From Vulcanimicrobiota bacterium (GTDB lineage: Bacteria > Vulcanimicrobiota > Vulcanimicrobiia > Vulcanimicrobiales > Vulcanimicrobiaceae): a stretch of 64,000 nucleotides of DNA. A program made the translations under genes and the position numbers. The stretch covers positions 192,001-256,000 of the forward strand of contig CAWHWQ010000002.1 of assembly GCA_963833095.1 (NCBI GenBank). The letters run 5' to 3'. This document shows positions 8,996 to 17,332 of the stretch, piece by piece (the first letter of the stretch is position 1; the number at the start of each line of letters is the position of its first letter). The notes beneath the pieces are model-generated. The model saw only the letters and a program-made list of their open reading frames with translations, did not search any database and had not been told where the DNA came from.

Positions 8996-11500
8996 GTGAG
9001 CTCGAGACCTTCGGGCCGTCGAGGTGCTGCGGCGATAGCGTGCCTCGTCGCTCTTTTCGCCACGTACCTGCCCGCGCAGGGCCAGACCATTGATGACAAC
9101 GATCGCGTGCTCGGCTTACTCAACCATCAGTCTTGTGCGGTGCATGAGGCTAAACTGTTCGCGCAGGAAGTCGGACAATCACAAGAGCCAGAGGGCAGTC
9201 GCTACGTCGCGCAGTTCGAAGGCCTTCCGTCGCCCTCGCCGAGTGGATCGCCAAGCGCTTCGCCGCAGCCCACACCATCATTCGCACCGCGCGGCAACTC
9301 GACGACCACGCTAATCGCGACACCGTTCCCGAGCGGTTCTCCCCTTTCGCCGCCGCCGGTCCCGACAGCGACGCCGAATCCATTCGACCAAAATCAACCG
9401 ATCTTCGTCACTCGCGGCGGCAGCACGCCCCCGGCAATCACACCCGCAGGACACATCGCACCGACTCCGAGCCCCGTGCCGTCCGGTGCGCCAACGCTAA
9501 AGCCCAACTACATCGCGGTTCTCGCCGACAAGGTTTCGGGCAATACCGGGCCAGGGCAGCCCGGCGATGCGTCGGGAAACGTGCACATCCTCTACGGCGC
9601 CGAAGAGATCGTCGGGGACGACGCGCATTACGACGGCCTACGCACGGTCACGATCACCGGACATCCGTTCATCATCAACCATGCCAAAGATTCTGTTCTC
9701 GACGCCGATAAGATCTCGTTTGATACCATCGACCAGACGGCTATTCTCACCAACGGCCGCGGCACCAGCTCCGAAGGCGTAAACGTCGGCCTCGTGCACT
9801 TCAGCGCAAAGGATCTGCACACCGATGCCGCGGGCATTGGGCACGGCGTTGCGCCGTCGGTTACGACCTGCGAGCACCAACGCGGCGGTTACCACATCAC
9901 CGGCCGAAACATGGACGTTTATCCCGGCGACAAGATCGTCATCTACCGCGCGATTCTGTGGCTAGGCGCGGCGGCGGTGTTCTTCCTTCCCAAAGTTGTG
10001 ATCCCGCTGCGCACGATCGATAATCCGAATCAGCGGCCGAAGTACTTTCCCGACATCGGTTACGACCAGTACGAAGGCTATTGGATCAAGACGCGCATCA
10101 CGTTCGGGAAGGATCAATATTTCTACGGTTACTATGTCGTCAACTATTTCACCAAGGTCGGCCTGGGTCTGGGTTACGTCGCGTTTTACACTAAGAAGAA
10201 CGGCCGGCGCAGTGCTAACGTCAATTTCTACGAGATTCATGACAAACGCGTCGATGCGACGACCGACAACCTGACCTTCAACGAAACCGAGAACATCTCT
10301 CAAACCTTGCGCGCCAACTTCGCGCTAGGCTACCAGTCGAACTACGGCCCCTACACAAACCTGCCGGCCAACACCAGCGTCAACGTTACCGTCGCGCACC
10401 AGACGGCGCATACATCGCAGCAATATGCTTTCACGCGCAGCGCGGTCGGCTCGCAGTCCAGCAGCGATAGCATCACCTTTACGGACAACGATCAGTTTAA
10501 CCCAAAGCTGAGCAACGCGTTCAATTTTTCGCTTTCAAGCAGCAGCTCCAGCTTCGGTGGCGTCGCCTCAACGAACTCGACGGCGACGCTCAACGACCTG
10601 CTGCACTACGTGACGCCCGGCGAAGATTACCAGCTCACCTACAATAAGACGATCGCGGCTCAGCCATACGGCGACGAACAGATCCCACAACTCCAGATCC
10701 GCCCGTACAAGTTCTTTCCTCACTTTTGGATTCCGACATCGGCAAACTTCACGGTTGGCCAATACAGCGAGCCCGCCGACGATTTTTCGGCCAGCCGCGC
10801 AAACCTCGCGTTCGTACTCGGCCCGGAAATCGCGCGGATTTGGGGCAGCGATTTTCAGGCAACCGTGAACGTCAATCAGTACGCGTATAGCACGGGCGAT
10901 CTCAAAGCGTCGATTCAGCAACAGGCTTCATTGACGACGCCGTTTAGCCAGCACTTCGTCAACACGCTGACCTACAGCGAAGAGAACTACAACGGACCGG
11001 AATCGGTTCCGTTTTACACACTCGATCAATTTCCGGGAACAAACACCAAGAACGCGCAAGACCTCGTGCGCGTGCTCAACGGAAACACCTACAATCTTTC
11101 GCTCGGCTTCGCGACGAATTTCAACGCGCAGGCGCAACCGGTGAGCTACCAGCTCACCGCGCAGCCGTCGCCGCGTTCGATCTTGCTGATCGGCGGGTCA
11201 TTCATCCCCGGTCCGGGCCAAGGCTTCGAGTCGACGAACCTGCAGCTTTCAACCCCAATCGGCCGGAATACCACTGCGCAGTTCGTGACGACGATCGATT
11301 GGCTGAACCACGCGCGTCTAGAGCAGAAGGTGCTTTATATCACGCATACGATCGGTGACTGCTATCAGCTCCAAGCGCTGTACAACCAGTCACAAAAACT
11401 GGTGACGATGCAGATCAACATCTTCGCCTTCCCGACGCAGGGCGCGACCTTCGCGCTGGGCCAAGGTGGCCCGTTGATTCCGACGACATTCAACTTCTAG
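8996..11500 (+). CDS. lptD: LptD/OstA-like outer-membrane LPS assembly protein
   Basis: Signal peptide, Pro/Ser linker and OstA-like beta-jellyroll (VLADKV...IVGDDAHYD, SVTTCE). Alternating beta-strands end in Phe. Adjacent to lptF/G. Confidence 0.7.
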   Translation: MSSRPSGRRGAAAIACLVALFATYLPAQGQTIDDNDRVLGLLNHQSCAVHEAKLFAQEVGQSQEPEGSRYVAQFEGLPSPSPSGSPSASPQPTPSFAPRGNSTTTLIATPFPSGSPLSPPPVPTATPNPFDQNQPIFVTRGGSTPPAITPAGHIAPTPSPVPSGAPTLKPNYIAVLADKVSGNTGPGQPGDASGNVHILYGAEEIVGDDAHYDGLRTVTITGHPFIINHAKDSVLDADKISFDTIDQTAILTNGRGTSSEGVNVGLVHFSAKDLHTDAAGIGHGVAPSVTTCEHQRGGYHITGRNMDVYPGDKIVIYRAILWLGAAAVFFLPKVVIPLRTIDNPNQRPKYFPDIGYDQYEGYWIKTRITFGKDQYFYGYYVVNYFTKVGLGLGYVAFYTKKNGRRSANVNFYEIHDKRVDATTDNLTFNETENISQTLRANFALGYQSNYGPYTNLPANTSVNVTVAHQTAHTSQQYAFTRSAVGSQSSSDSITFTDNDQFNPKLSNAFNFSLSSSSSSFGGVASTNSTATLNDLLHYVTPGEDYQLTYNKTIAAQPYGDEQIPQLQIRPYKFFPHFWIPTSANFTVGQYSEPADDFSASRANLAFVLGPEIARIWGSDFQATVNVNQYAYSTGDLKASIQQQASLTTPFSQHFVNTLTYSEENYNGPESVPFYTLDQFPGTNTKNAQDLVRVLNGNTYNLSLGFATNFNAQAQPVSYQLTAQPSPRSILLIGGSFIPGPGQGFESTNLQLSTPIGRNTTAQFVTTIDWLNHARLEQKVLYITHTIGDCYQLQALYNQSQKLVTMQINIFAFPTQGATFALGQGGPLIPTTFNF

Positions 11501-11565
11501 ACAAGAACGTAGAAGCGCCGATGTCGCTCGGATCGAGGAAACGAGGCCGGGCGGAATGGACGTTT

Positions 11566-12345
11566 CTACGGATTATTAGCGATGTCGCCGCCGGCTAATG
11601 CGTCGGGAATCGACGGATGGCTGCCGGTCTGCGCGTAAAACGCACCGGTATCGAACGCGAGCGACACGTCGAGCTGCGGTGATGAGTACGTATTGTCGTT
11701 CGCGCCACCCGAGCCGAGCGAATCGCCGATCGTCCCCTGCGGCACGTAGCCCGTCTGCTGCCCTTGAATAACGAAGAAATTGAAGTTCCAAAGGTTCGAG
11801 ACCGCCACGCCCGAGCTCGTGGGCGAAGGGCTCGGACTCGCGCTGGGACTCGCCGAGGGCGACGTCGTCGGGCTCGGCGTCGGCGAGGTCGTCGCGCTGA
11901 ACAGAGCGAGCACGCGGTCGAAGATGACCGTGAATTCGGTTCCTTGCCCGTTGGTGTTCGCTTGGAAGATCAACTGCTGCGGTGTCGCGCCAATCGGATA
12001 CAACACCGGAATTTGCGACGTCGTACTGGGACGGTAGTAGTAGTACGCTTGCGCCTGGACCGCGCCGCCGACGCCGCCCACGACGATCGCCATCGAATAG
12101 CCCGCAAAGTTGTTGCTAAAGGTTTGGGGTAGAGGTGTTACTCCGCTGCCCGAGGTGTTAAGGACGATCGCATACGAGTCGGTCGAGAAGTTGAAAGCAG
12201 TCTGGACGCGGAACTTCACGCTCATGAAGCCCGCCTGCAAGCCGCCGGGGCCAACGCCGGTACGGGTGGGCGTCACTTGTCTGCCACACGCTGAGGCAAT
12301 GAGCGCTGCCGCTGAACCTGTCACGAAACTGACTCTACGAATCAT
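11566..12345 (-). CDS. Hypothetical lipoprotein with a Ser/Pro repeat
   Basis: MIRRVSF...ASAC lipobox and a TSPTPSPTTSPSASPSASPSPSP linker. Confidence 0.7.
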   Translation of the reverse strand: MIRRVSFVTGSAAALIASACGRQVTPTRTGVGPGGLQAGFMSVKFRVQTAFNFSTDSYAIVLNTSGSGVTPLPQTFSNNFAGYSMAIVVGGVGGAVQAQAYYYYRPSTTSQIPVLYPIGATPQQLIFQANTNGQGTEFTVIFDRVLALFSATTSPTPSPTTSPSASPSASPSPSPTSSGVAVSNLWNFNFFVIQGQQTGYVPQGTIGDSLGSGGANDNTYSSPQLDVSLAFDTGAFYAQTGSHPSIPDALAGGDIANNP

Positions 12346-13843
12346 GCTTTCCTCAGAACGCCTGCGCGCCGCGTCGATCGCGGTGCTCGCCGGCCTGCTA
12401 TTCGCGCTGGCGTTTCCGCGCGCGGGTTTTGCATGGGCCGCACCGCTTGGCGCAGGGGCGCTGTTCTGGACGTGGCAACGGGCATCCTGGAAACGCGCAT
12501 TCTACCTGGGATGGCTCTGTGGAATTGTCTTTTTTACAATTTCGTTTTGGTGGTGGAGCACAACGATTGTCACCGCCGTCGGTCCTCTTGCTTATGCCGC
12601 GGTGGTCCTGAGCGCGGGACTGGAGGGGCTTGCAATCGCCCTGGCCGGCATCATGACGTCGCTTGCAAGCGGCCGCGTCGCTCCCGTGCTCGTTCCACTG
12701 GCCGCCGCGCTTGCGTTTGCGGTCACCGAATGGGTGCGCTCGATCGGCGAGTTTGGTGTCCCCTTCGCGCAGCTTGGCGTTACGCAGGTCGAAACGCCGC
12801 TACGCGCGCTCGGCGCATTTATCGGCACGAGCGGCGTGACGCTCGTGCTTTTTGCACTCGGCGCGTATGCTGCTTACGGCCTACGTACCCGCGCGTGGCG
12901 CGCGTTCGTTGCGTGCGCTGCCGTCGTAGCGATCGCGACGTGCGGGGCATGGCTTGCGTGGCCGGCACGCTCTGCGCCCGCCCCGACCGTGCCGGTGGTC
13001 GCGATTCAAGGTAATATCGCGCAGTCGCTCAAGTGGCAGCCGGGATCGCTCGCACGAGCCGTCAGCGTTTACACCGCGATGACCCGCACGGCGATCGCCC
13101 TGCATCCACGTTTGATTGTGTGGCCGGAAACAGTGATCGCGTTGAGCGGTGCCGGTTTGAACCAGAATTCGCAACTGCTCGAGCGCTTTACCGACCTGGC
13201 TGCGCAAGCAAATGCAACGATCGTTGCCGGCAGCATTCGCGTCGCGCAGAATCAATACTTCAACGCGTCGTACCTCTTTACGCCGGCGGGCGTGAGCGGC
13301 GTCTACGACAAGCGGCAACTCGTACCGTTTGCCGAGCATTTTCCTGGTAAACAGTTTTTGTGGTGGCTTCCTTACGTCGGGTCGCTCAACGGCGGATTCT
13401 CGCAAGGTGACGGTAACGGCGTCTTTCCTACGAGCGCAGGTCTTACCATTGGGGAACTCATCTGCTGGGAGTCGGCGTTCGGTGACCTTGCCTACGATGA
13501 AGTGCGCAATGGCGCGCAGGTGTTGGTAATTTCAACCGATGACGCCTGGTTCGGCACCTCATCGGGTCCGTATCAGCACGCGCAGATCGCGCAGATGCGC
13601 GCGATTGAATCCGGTGCATACGTCGTGCGCGCAGCCGCAACAGGGATTAGCGGCATCATTGCGCCCGACGGATCATGGCAAGCTCGACTCCCACTCGATG
13701 TGCAAGGAAACGTGAACGGCGACGTGGGCCCCCCGGTAGGTTCACTCTTCTCGCGCATCGGTCCGACGCGCATCTGGATGGCGCTCATCGCGCTGTATCT
13801 GTTGCTCATTGCACTGCCGTGGAGGCGCGAGCAGGCAGAATGA
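12344..13843 (+). CDS. lnt: Apolipoprotein N-acyltransferase
   Basis: TM N-terminus. IQGNI, VWPE, YDKRQLVPFAE and LICWES (nitrilase E-K-C triad) motifs. Start uncertain. Confidence 0.93.
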   Translation: MLSSERLRAASIAVLAGLLFALAFPRAGFAWAAPLGAGALFWTWQRASWKRAFYLGWLCGIVFFTISFWWWSTTIVTAVGPLAYAAVVLSAGLEGLAIALAGIMTSLASGRVAPVLVPLAAALAFAVTEWVRSIGEFGVPFAQLGVTQVETPLRALGAFIGTSGVTLVLFALGAYAAYGLRTRAWRAFVACAAVVAIATCGAWLAWPARSAPAPTVPVVAIQGNIAQSLKWQPGSLARAVSVYTAMTRTAIALHPRLIVWPETVIALSGAGLNQNSQLLERFTDLAAQANATIVAGSIRVAQNQYFNASYLFTPAGVSGVYDKRQLVPFAEHFPGKQFLWWLPYVGSLNGGFSQGDGNGVFPTSAGLTIGELICWESAFGDLAYDEVRNGAQVLVISTDDAWFGTSSGPYQHAQIAQMRAIESGAYVVRAAATGISGIIAPDGSWQARLPLDVQGNVNGDVGPPVGSLFSRIGPTRIWMALIALYLLLIALPWRREQAE

Positions 13844-14397
13844 AGCGACGGATTCTGTGGCGCTGGATCGCGGCAATCGGCGGCGCCGCAGTCGTGATTT
13901 GGGTGATCGTCGAAGTGATTCTCGCCGGCATCGGTACGCCGCCGCTTCCCTCGGATCAGATGGGCATTACGCTACGCGGCGGTCGCGTGCAGGGCAGCCG
14001 CATCGTCACCAAGGCGTGGAGCTTTGATTATCACGACGCGCAGCTCTCACCCGACGGAACCACGGGCACAGTCGACGGCGTGCACGACGGTATCGTATTT
14101 CGGCACGGCAAGCCGTATTTAAAGATTACCGCGCAGCGAATCAGCGTCGACACGATGTCACTCAATTTCACGGCAATCGGGAAAGTCACCGTGGTCATGA
14201 TCGGTGATCCGCTCAAGCGCTCGTTCGACACCGATCTCGTGCAGTGGACGAACGCCACGAAACTGCTCTTGATGCCGCATCCAAGCTATCTCCATAGTCA
14301 GGCGCACACGCTGACGTTTAGCTCGGTGACGATAGATTTTGGCAAGGACCAGATTCACTTTGGCTCGATCCAGGGCAGTACCGAGGTCAAGACCTAG
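13840..14397 (+). CDS. LptC-like membrane-anchored periplasmic protein
   Basis: Single N-terminal TM followed by a beta-rich domain, in the Lpt cluster. ATG overlaps the lnt stop. Confidence 0.55.
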   Translation: MKRRILWRWIAAIGGAAVVIWVIVEVILAGIGTPPLPSDQMGITLRGGRVQGSRIVTKAWSFDYHDAQLSPDGTTGTVDGVHDGIVFRHGKPYLKITAQRISVDTMSLNFTAIGKVTVVMIGDPLKRSFDTDLVQWTNATKLLLMPHPSYLHSQAHTLTFSSVTIDFGKDQIHFGSIQGSTEVKT

Positions 14398-14438
14398 CCT
14401 GCCTTGAGGCGCTTGCTCGGTTGGCCGATAGATAAATC

Positions 14439-14939
14439 ATGCGTTGCTTACGCCTGGTATTTACCTGCGCGGTCGTCCTTGCCGTCGCCGCCTGCGCCCA
14501 CAAGAGCAGCGCCCCGGCTCAGCCGTCCCTACCCCCAATGTTGATCGACGATCGCGGAATCGTGATGCCGCTCGAACAGGCCGTTACCAAGATCAGTTAC
14601 CGGCCATGGGTGCCGCATCGGCAGATCCTCAAAATTGCGGTCATTCCACCGCTGGGTGATCTGGACACGCCCGATCACCGCGGGATCGCCTTTGAGTATC
14701 AATTTGGAAATCAAGCGATGTTGCTCTCGGAGTGGCCAAAGCAGAACTTCACGCTCCTCTTTTTGCATGGCCAAGACATCACGTTCACGCCATGCACGAT
14801 CGCGCACTACAAAGCCGATGGCGTAGCGTGGACGACAAAAACGAAACTTGCAATGACATTACAACCCGACGGAAATGTGAATCCGAAGGATGTTGACACC
14901 GAAGCGCGGCGACTGATCGCGCAAGGCGCGTGTAACTAG
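14439..14939 (+). CDS. Hypothetical lipoprotein
   Basis: Lipobox VAAC after a hydrophobic leader. Confidence 0.65.
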   Translation: MRCLRLVFTCAVVLAVAACAHKSSAPAQPSLPPMLIDDRGIVMPLEQAVTKISYRPWVPHRQILKIAVIPPLGDLDTPDHRGIAFEYQFGNQAMLLSEWPKQNFTLLFLHGQDITFTPCTIAHYKADGVAWTTKTKLAMTLQPDGNVNPKDVDTEARRLIAQGACN

Positions 14940-15259
14940 TCCTTGTCGGACTGTTCGTCGCTCCGTTTTTTCTTCGCTTCGGCGATTAATTTCTTGACCT
15001 TCTGGCCACCCTTATGTCCGATTTCTTCGTAAAAGTCGGCGCCGTACTTTTCCTTTACGACCTGGCCACCTTTTTGTCCGATGGTCTCATAAAATTCGAC
15101 ACCGTGACGATCGCGCGTGGCTTTACCACCTTTACGACCGATTTCTTCGTAAAAGGTGGAGCCATAGCGATCGCGTACGGTGTCGCCGCCTTTTTTGCCG
15201 GCTTCACGAACCGACATTTCCTTGGCCGCATCGTCCTCGCCGCTTTTTTTCCCTGGCAT
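14936..15259 (-). CDS. KGG-repeat general stress protein (GsiB/YciG-like)
   Basis: MSVREAGKKGG and three 22-aa-period FYEEIGxKGG repeats. Confidence 0.88.
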   Translation of the reverse strand: MPGKKSGEDDAAKEMSVREAGKKGGDTVRDRYGSTFYEEIGRKGGKATRDRHGVEFYETIGQKGGQVVKEKYGADFYEEIGHKGGQKVKKLIAEAKKKRSDEQSDKD

Positions 15260-15265
15260 AGCGGG

Positions 15266-15472
15266 TTACGACTTGCGCTTAGGTTTCTGACCGCCTTTTT
15301 GACCAATGACTTCGTAGAAGGACGGACCGTACTTGGTTTTCGTTGCCTCGCCGCCTTTGCGGCCGATTTCTTCGTAAAACTCAGTACCGTATTTCGCCTT
15401 GACCCGCTCGCCGCCGCGGCGACCCGCTTCACGAACACTCATGCCGCCTTGCGGCTCTTCTTGGATCGACAT
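15266..15472 (-). CDS. KGG-repeat general stress protein (GsiB/YciG-like)
   Basis: MSVREAGRRGG...FYEEIGRKGG...FYEVIGQKGG. Confidence 0.88.
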   Translation of the reverse strand: MSIQEEPQGGMSVREAGRRGGERVKAKYGTEFYEEIGRKGGEATKTKYGPSFYEVIGQKGGQKPKRKS

Positions 15473-15516
15473 CTGGGTTTCGTCCCCCCATAACAGAAAA
15501 GGATACGCACCTACAT

Positions 15517-15541
15517 ATGCCCATACGCCCGCTCGCTAAAC
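15517..15541 (-). promoter_or_regulatory. SigB/SigF-type stress promoter candidate
   Basis: Minus strand reads GTTT-N15-GGGCAT about 45 bp upstream of the KGG genes (consensus GTTT-N15-17-GGGTAT). Confidence 0.55.
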
Positions 15542-15556
15542 CCAGGAGTTTGTACA

Positions 15557-16717
15557 ATGATTTCGACGGTCATCGTGGGCGGCACGATTATTGACGGTAC
15601 CGGTCGTCCGCGCTTCACCACCGATCTTGCAATTGCGGGTAAGCGAATCGCGCGAATCGGCGACTGCAGCGAGGTCGACGCGCCGCACCGCGTCGATGCA
15701 CGAGGCGCAATCCTGGCGCCCGGGTTCATCGACACTTGCGCCTACGCCGGTTTGAGCGGACGCTCGCTTCCTCGCCCCGACTCGAAGACCGCCCAGGGCA
15801 TCACCGGCGAAATCTTTACAGAACAGCCGGCTGCTATGCGCGCGATCGTGCGCCTGCGCGACTACGGACGCGAGCTGCACGACGCTCTCGACGAAGCCAT
15901 CGACGCCGCACGTCGCGCGGAGGCGCCGCTGCACATCGAACATCTGCACGTTGAAGGCCGCGAGCGGTGGGGGACGGTCGATCGCGCGCTCGAGCGCATC
16001 GAGCGTGCGCGCGCATCCGGCCTCGACATTACCTGCGACGTATATCCATACACCGCGACCTGGATCGATTTGCGCGAACTGCTCCCGCCGTCACTCGATA
16101 TCGCCGACTGCGACGACGAACGCATCGCCGCCGCTGCCGCACTCGAAATGACCGCGCGCCTGGGCGATATTTGGCGCGATCTCATGCTTGCGGAAGTCTC
16201 GAGTGAAGAGCGCTATGCGTGGTGCGGCATGCGCTTCGACGAAATCGCCCGACAGATGCGACTGCTTCCTGCACGCGCAGCGATCGAGTTTGCGCGTCTC
16301 GACGGCGATCGCGCGCGCGCTTTCTATTTTTGCATGAACGAAGAGGATGTCGCGACCGTGCTCTCCGCAGGATTCTGCACGATCGGCACGAGCACGCGGG
16401 CACTTTCCTTCAATGACGAACGTTACGGTCTCGTGCACCCGCGAGCATTTGGGACCTTTCCCCGCGTAATCGGGCGTTTCGTCCGGCAACGGCGCACGCT
16501 TGCGCTCGAGGAGGCGATCCACCGCATGACGGGTCTTGCGGCCCGGGCCTTTGGGCTGGATGGGTTGGGGGAACTGCGCCCTGATGCGCGCGCCGATCTC
16601 GTCCTTTTCGATGCTGCTGAATTCGTCGATACCGCGACCTACGAGAAACCGGTATCGGCACCGCTCGGGTTGAAGTCGGTTTGGATCGCCGGAGAAGCGA
16701 CGGGGGGGCCACTTTAA
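15557..16717 (+). CDS. N-acyl-D-amino-acid deacylase-like amidohydrolase, shortened and degenerate
   Basis: IIDGTG, APGFID, CDVYPY, HPRAFGTFPRV, EEAIHRMTG and ADLVLFD motifs. The metal-binding HxH is absent (DTCAYA). Confidence 0.75.
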   Translation: MISTVIVGGTIIDGTGRPRFTTDLAIAGKRIARIGDCSEVDAPHRVDARGAILAPGFIDTCAYAGLSGRSLPRPDSKTAQGITGEIFTEQPAAMRAIVRLRDYGRELHDALDEAIDAARRAEAPLHIEHLHVEGRERWGTVDRALERIERARASGLDITCDVYPYTATWIDLRELLPPSLDIADCDDERIAAAAALEMTARLGDIWRDLMLAEVSSEERYAWCGMRFDEIARQMRLLPARAAIEFARLDGDRARAFYFCMNEEDVATVLSAGFCTIGTSTRALSFNDERYGLVHPRAFGTFPRVIGRFVRQRRTLALEEAIHRMTGLAARAFGLDGLGELRPDARADLVLFDAAEFVDTATYEKPVSAPLGLKSVWIAGEATGGPL

Positions 16718-17332
16718 ATGCTCGCGCTTGCCGCGCTGACGCTCTCGCTGCAATTACGGCAGACCAGCTTCGACTTGCTCGACGGCGTCTCGATCGAGGT
16801 CGCGACGCATAACACCGCGTCCACGCCGGCCGTCGTCAAGTTCGCTCAACCGCCCGAGTACGAGATCGACGTGCTGCGCGGCAATGACGTCATCTGGAAG
16901 AACTCCACCGAAGTGCCGGTCGAGGCGACCTTCCCAGTGCACACCCGGCAGTTTGTGCCGGGGCCGAGCGTGCTCGTCGTCTACATTTGGAATGCAACCG
17001 AATCCGACGGATCTTCGCCGAGCCCCGGTACGTACACGGTGCGCGCTCGGCTTTTGGGCCAGGGCGTTACGCCCGAGGCCAGCGCAAAGCTGCACTTTAT
17101 CGAGCCCGTTCCGGTCACCGCACTCGAGCATCTCAAACAAGGCGACACGGTGACAATCGCCGGGACGCTCGACGCGACCAAAGGCATTCTGACCGACTCA
17201 ACCGGGACGATCCCCCTTGGACGACGGCTCTTGAACGCGCCCGCCGGCACCGTCGCCGTGCGCGGGTATCTGCTCCGGCGCGTCGGCCGTCCAAGCGTTT
17301 TCTTCGTGCAACGCTGGGCGCCGATGCAATGA
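16718..17332 (+). CDS. Secreted protein with a BsuPI-like Ig-fold domain
   Basis: Short signal; YEIDV...IW...VYIWN...PGTYTVRARL pattern. Confidence 0.55.
   Translation: MLALAALTLSLQLRQTSFDLLDGVSIEVATHNTASTPAVVKFAQPPEYEIDVLRGNDVIWKNSTEVPVEATFPVHTRQFVPGPSVLVVYIWNATESDGSSPSPGTYTVRARLLGQGVTPEASAKLHFIEPVPVTALEHLKQGDTVTIAGTLDATKGILTDSTGTIPLGRRLLNAPAGTVAVRGYLLRRVGRPSVFFVQRWAPMQ

Noticed and set aside
14936..15472. 66-bp-period DNA repeats as a possible CRISPR array
   Set aside because: They are degenerate, in-frame coding repeats of KGG proteins. No cas genes or unique spacers.
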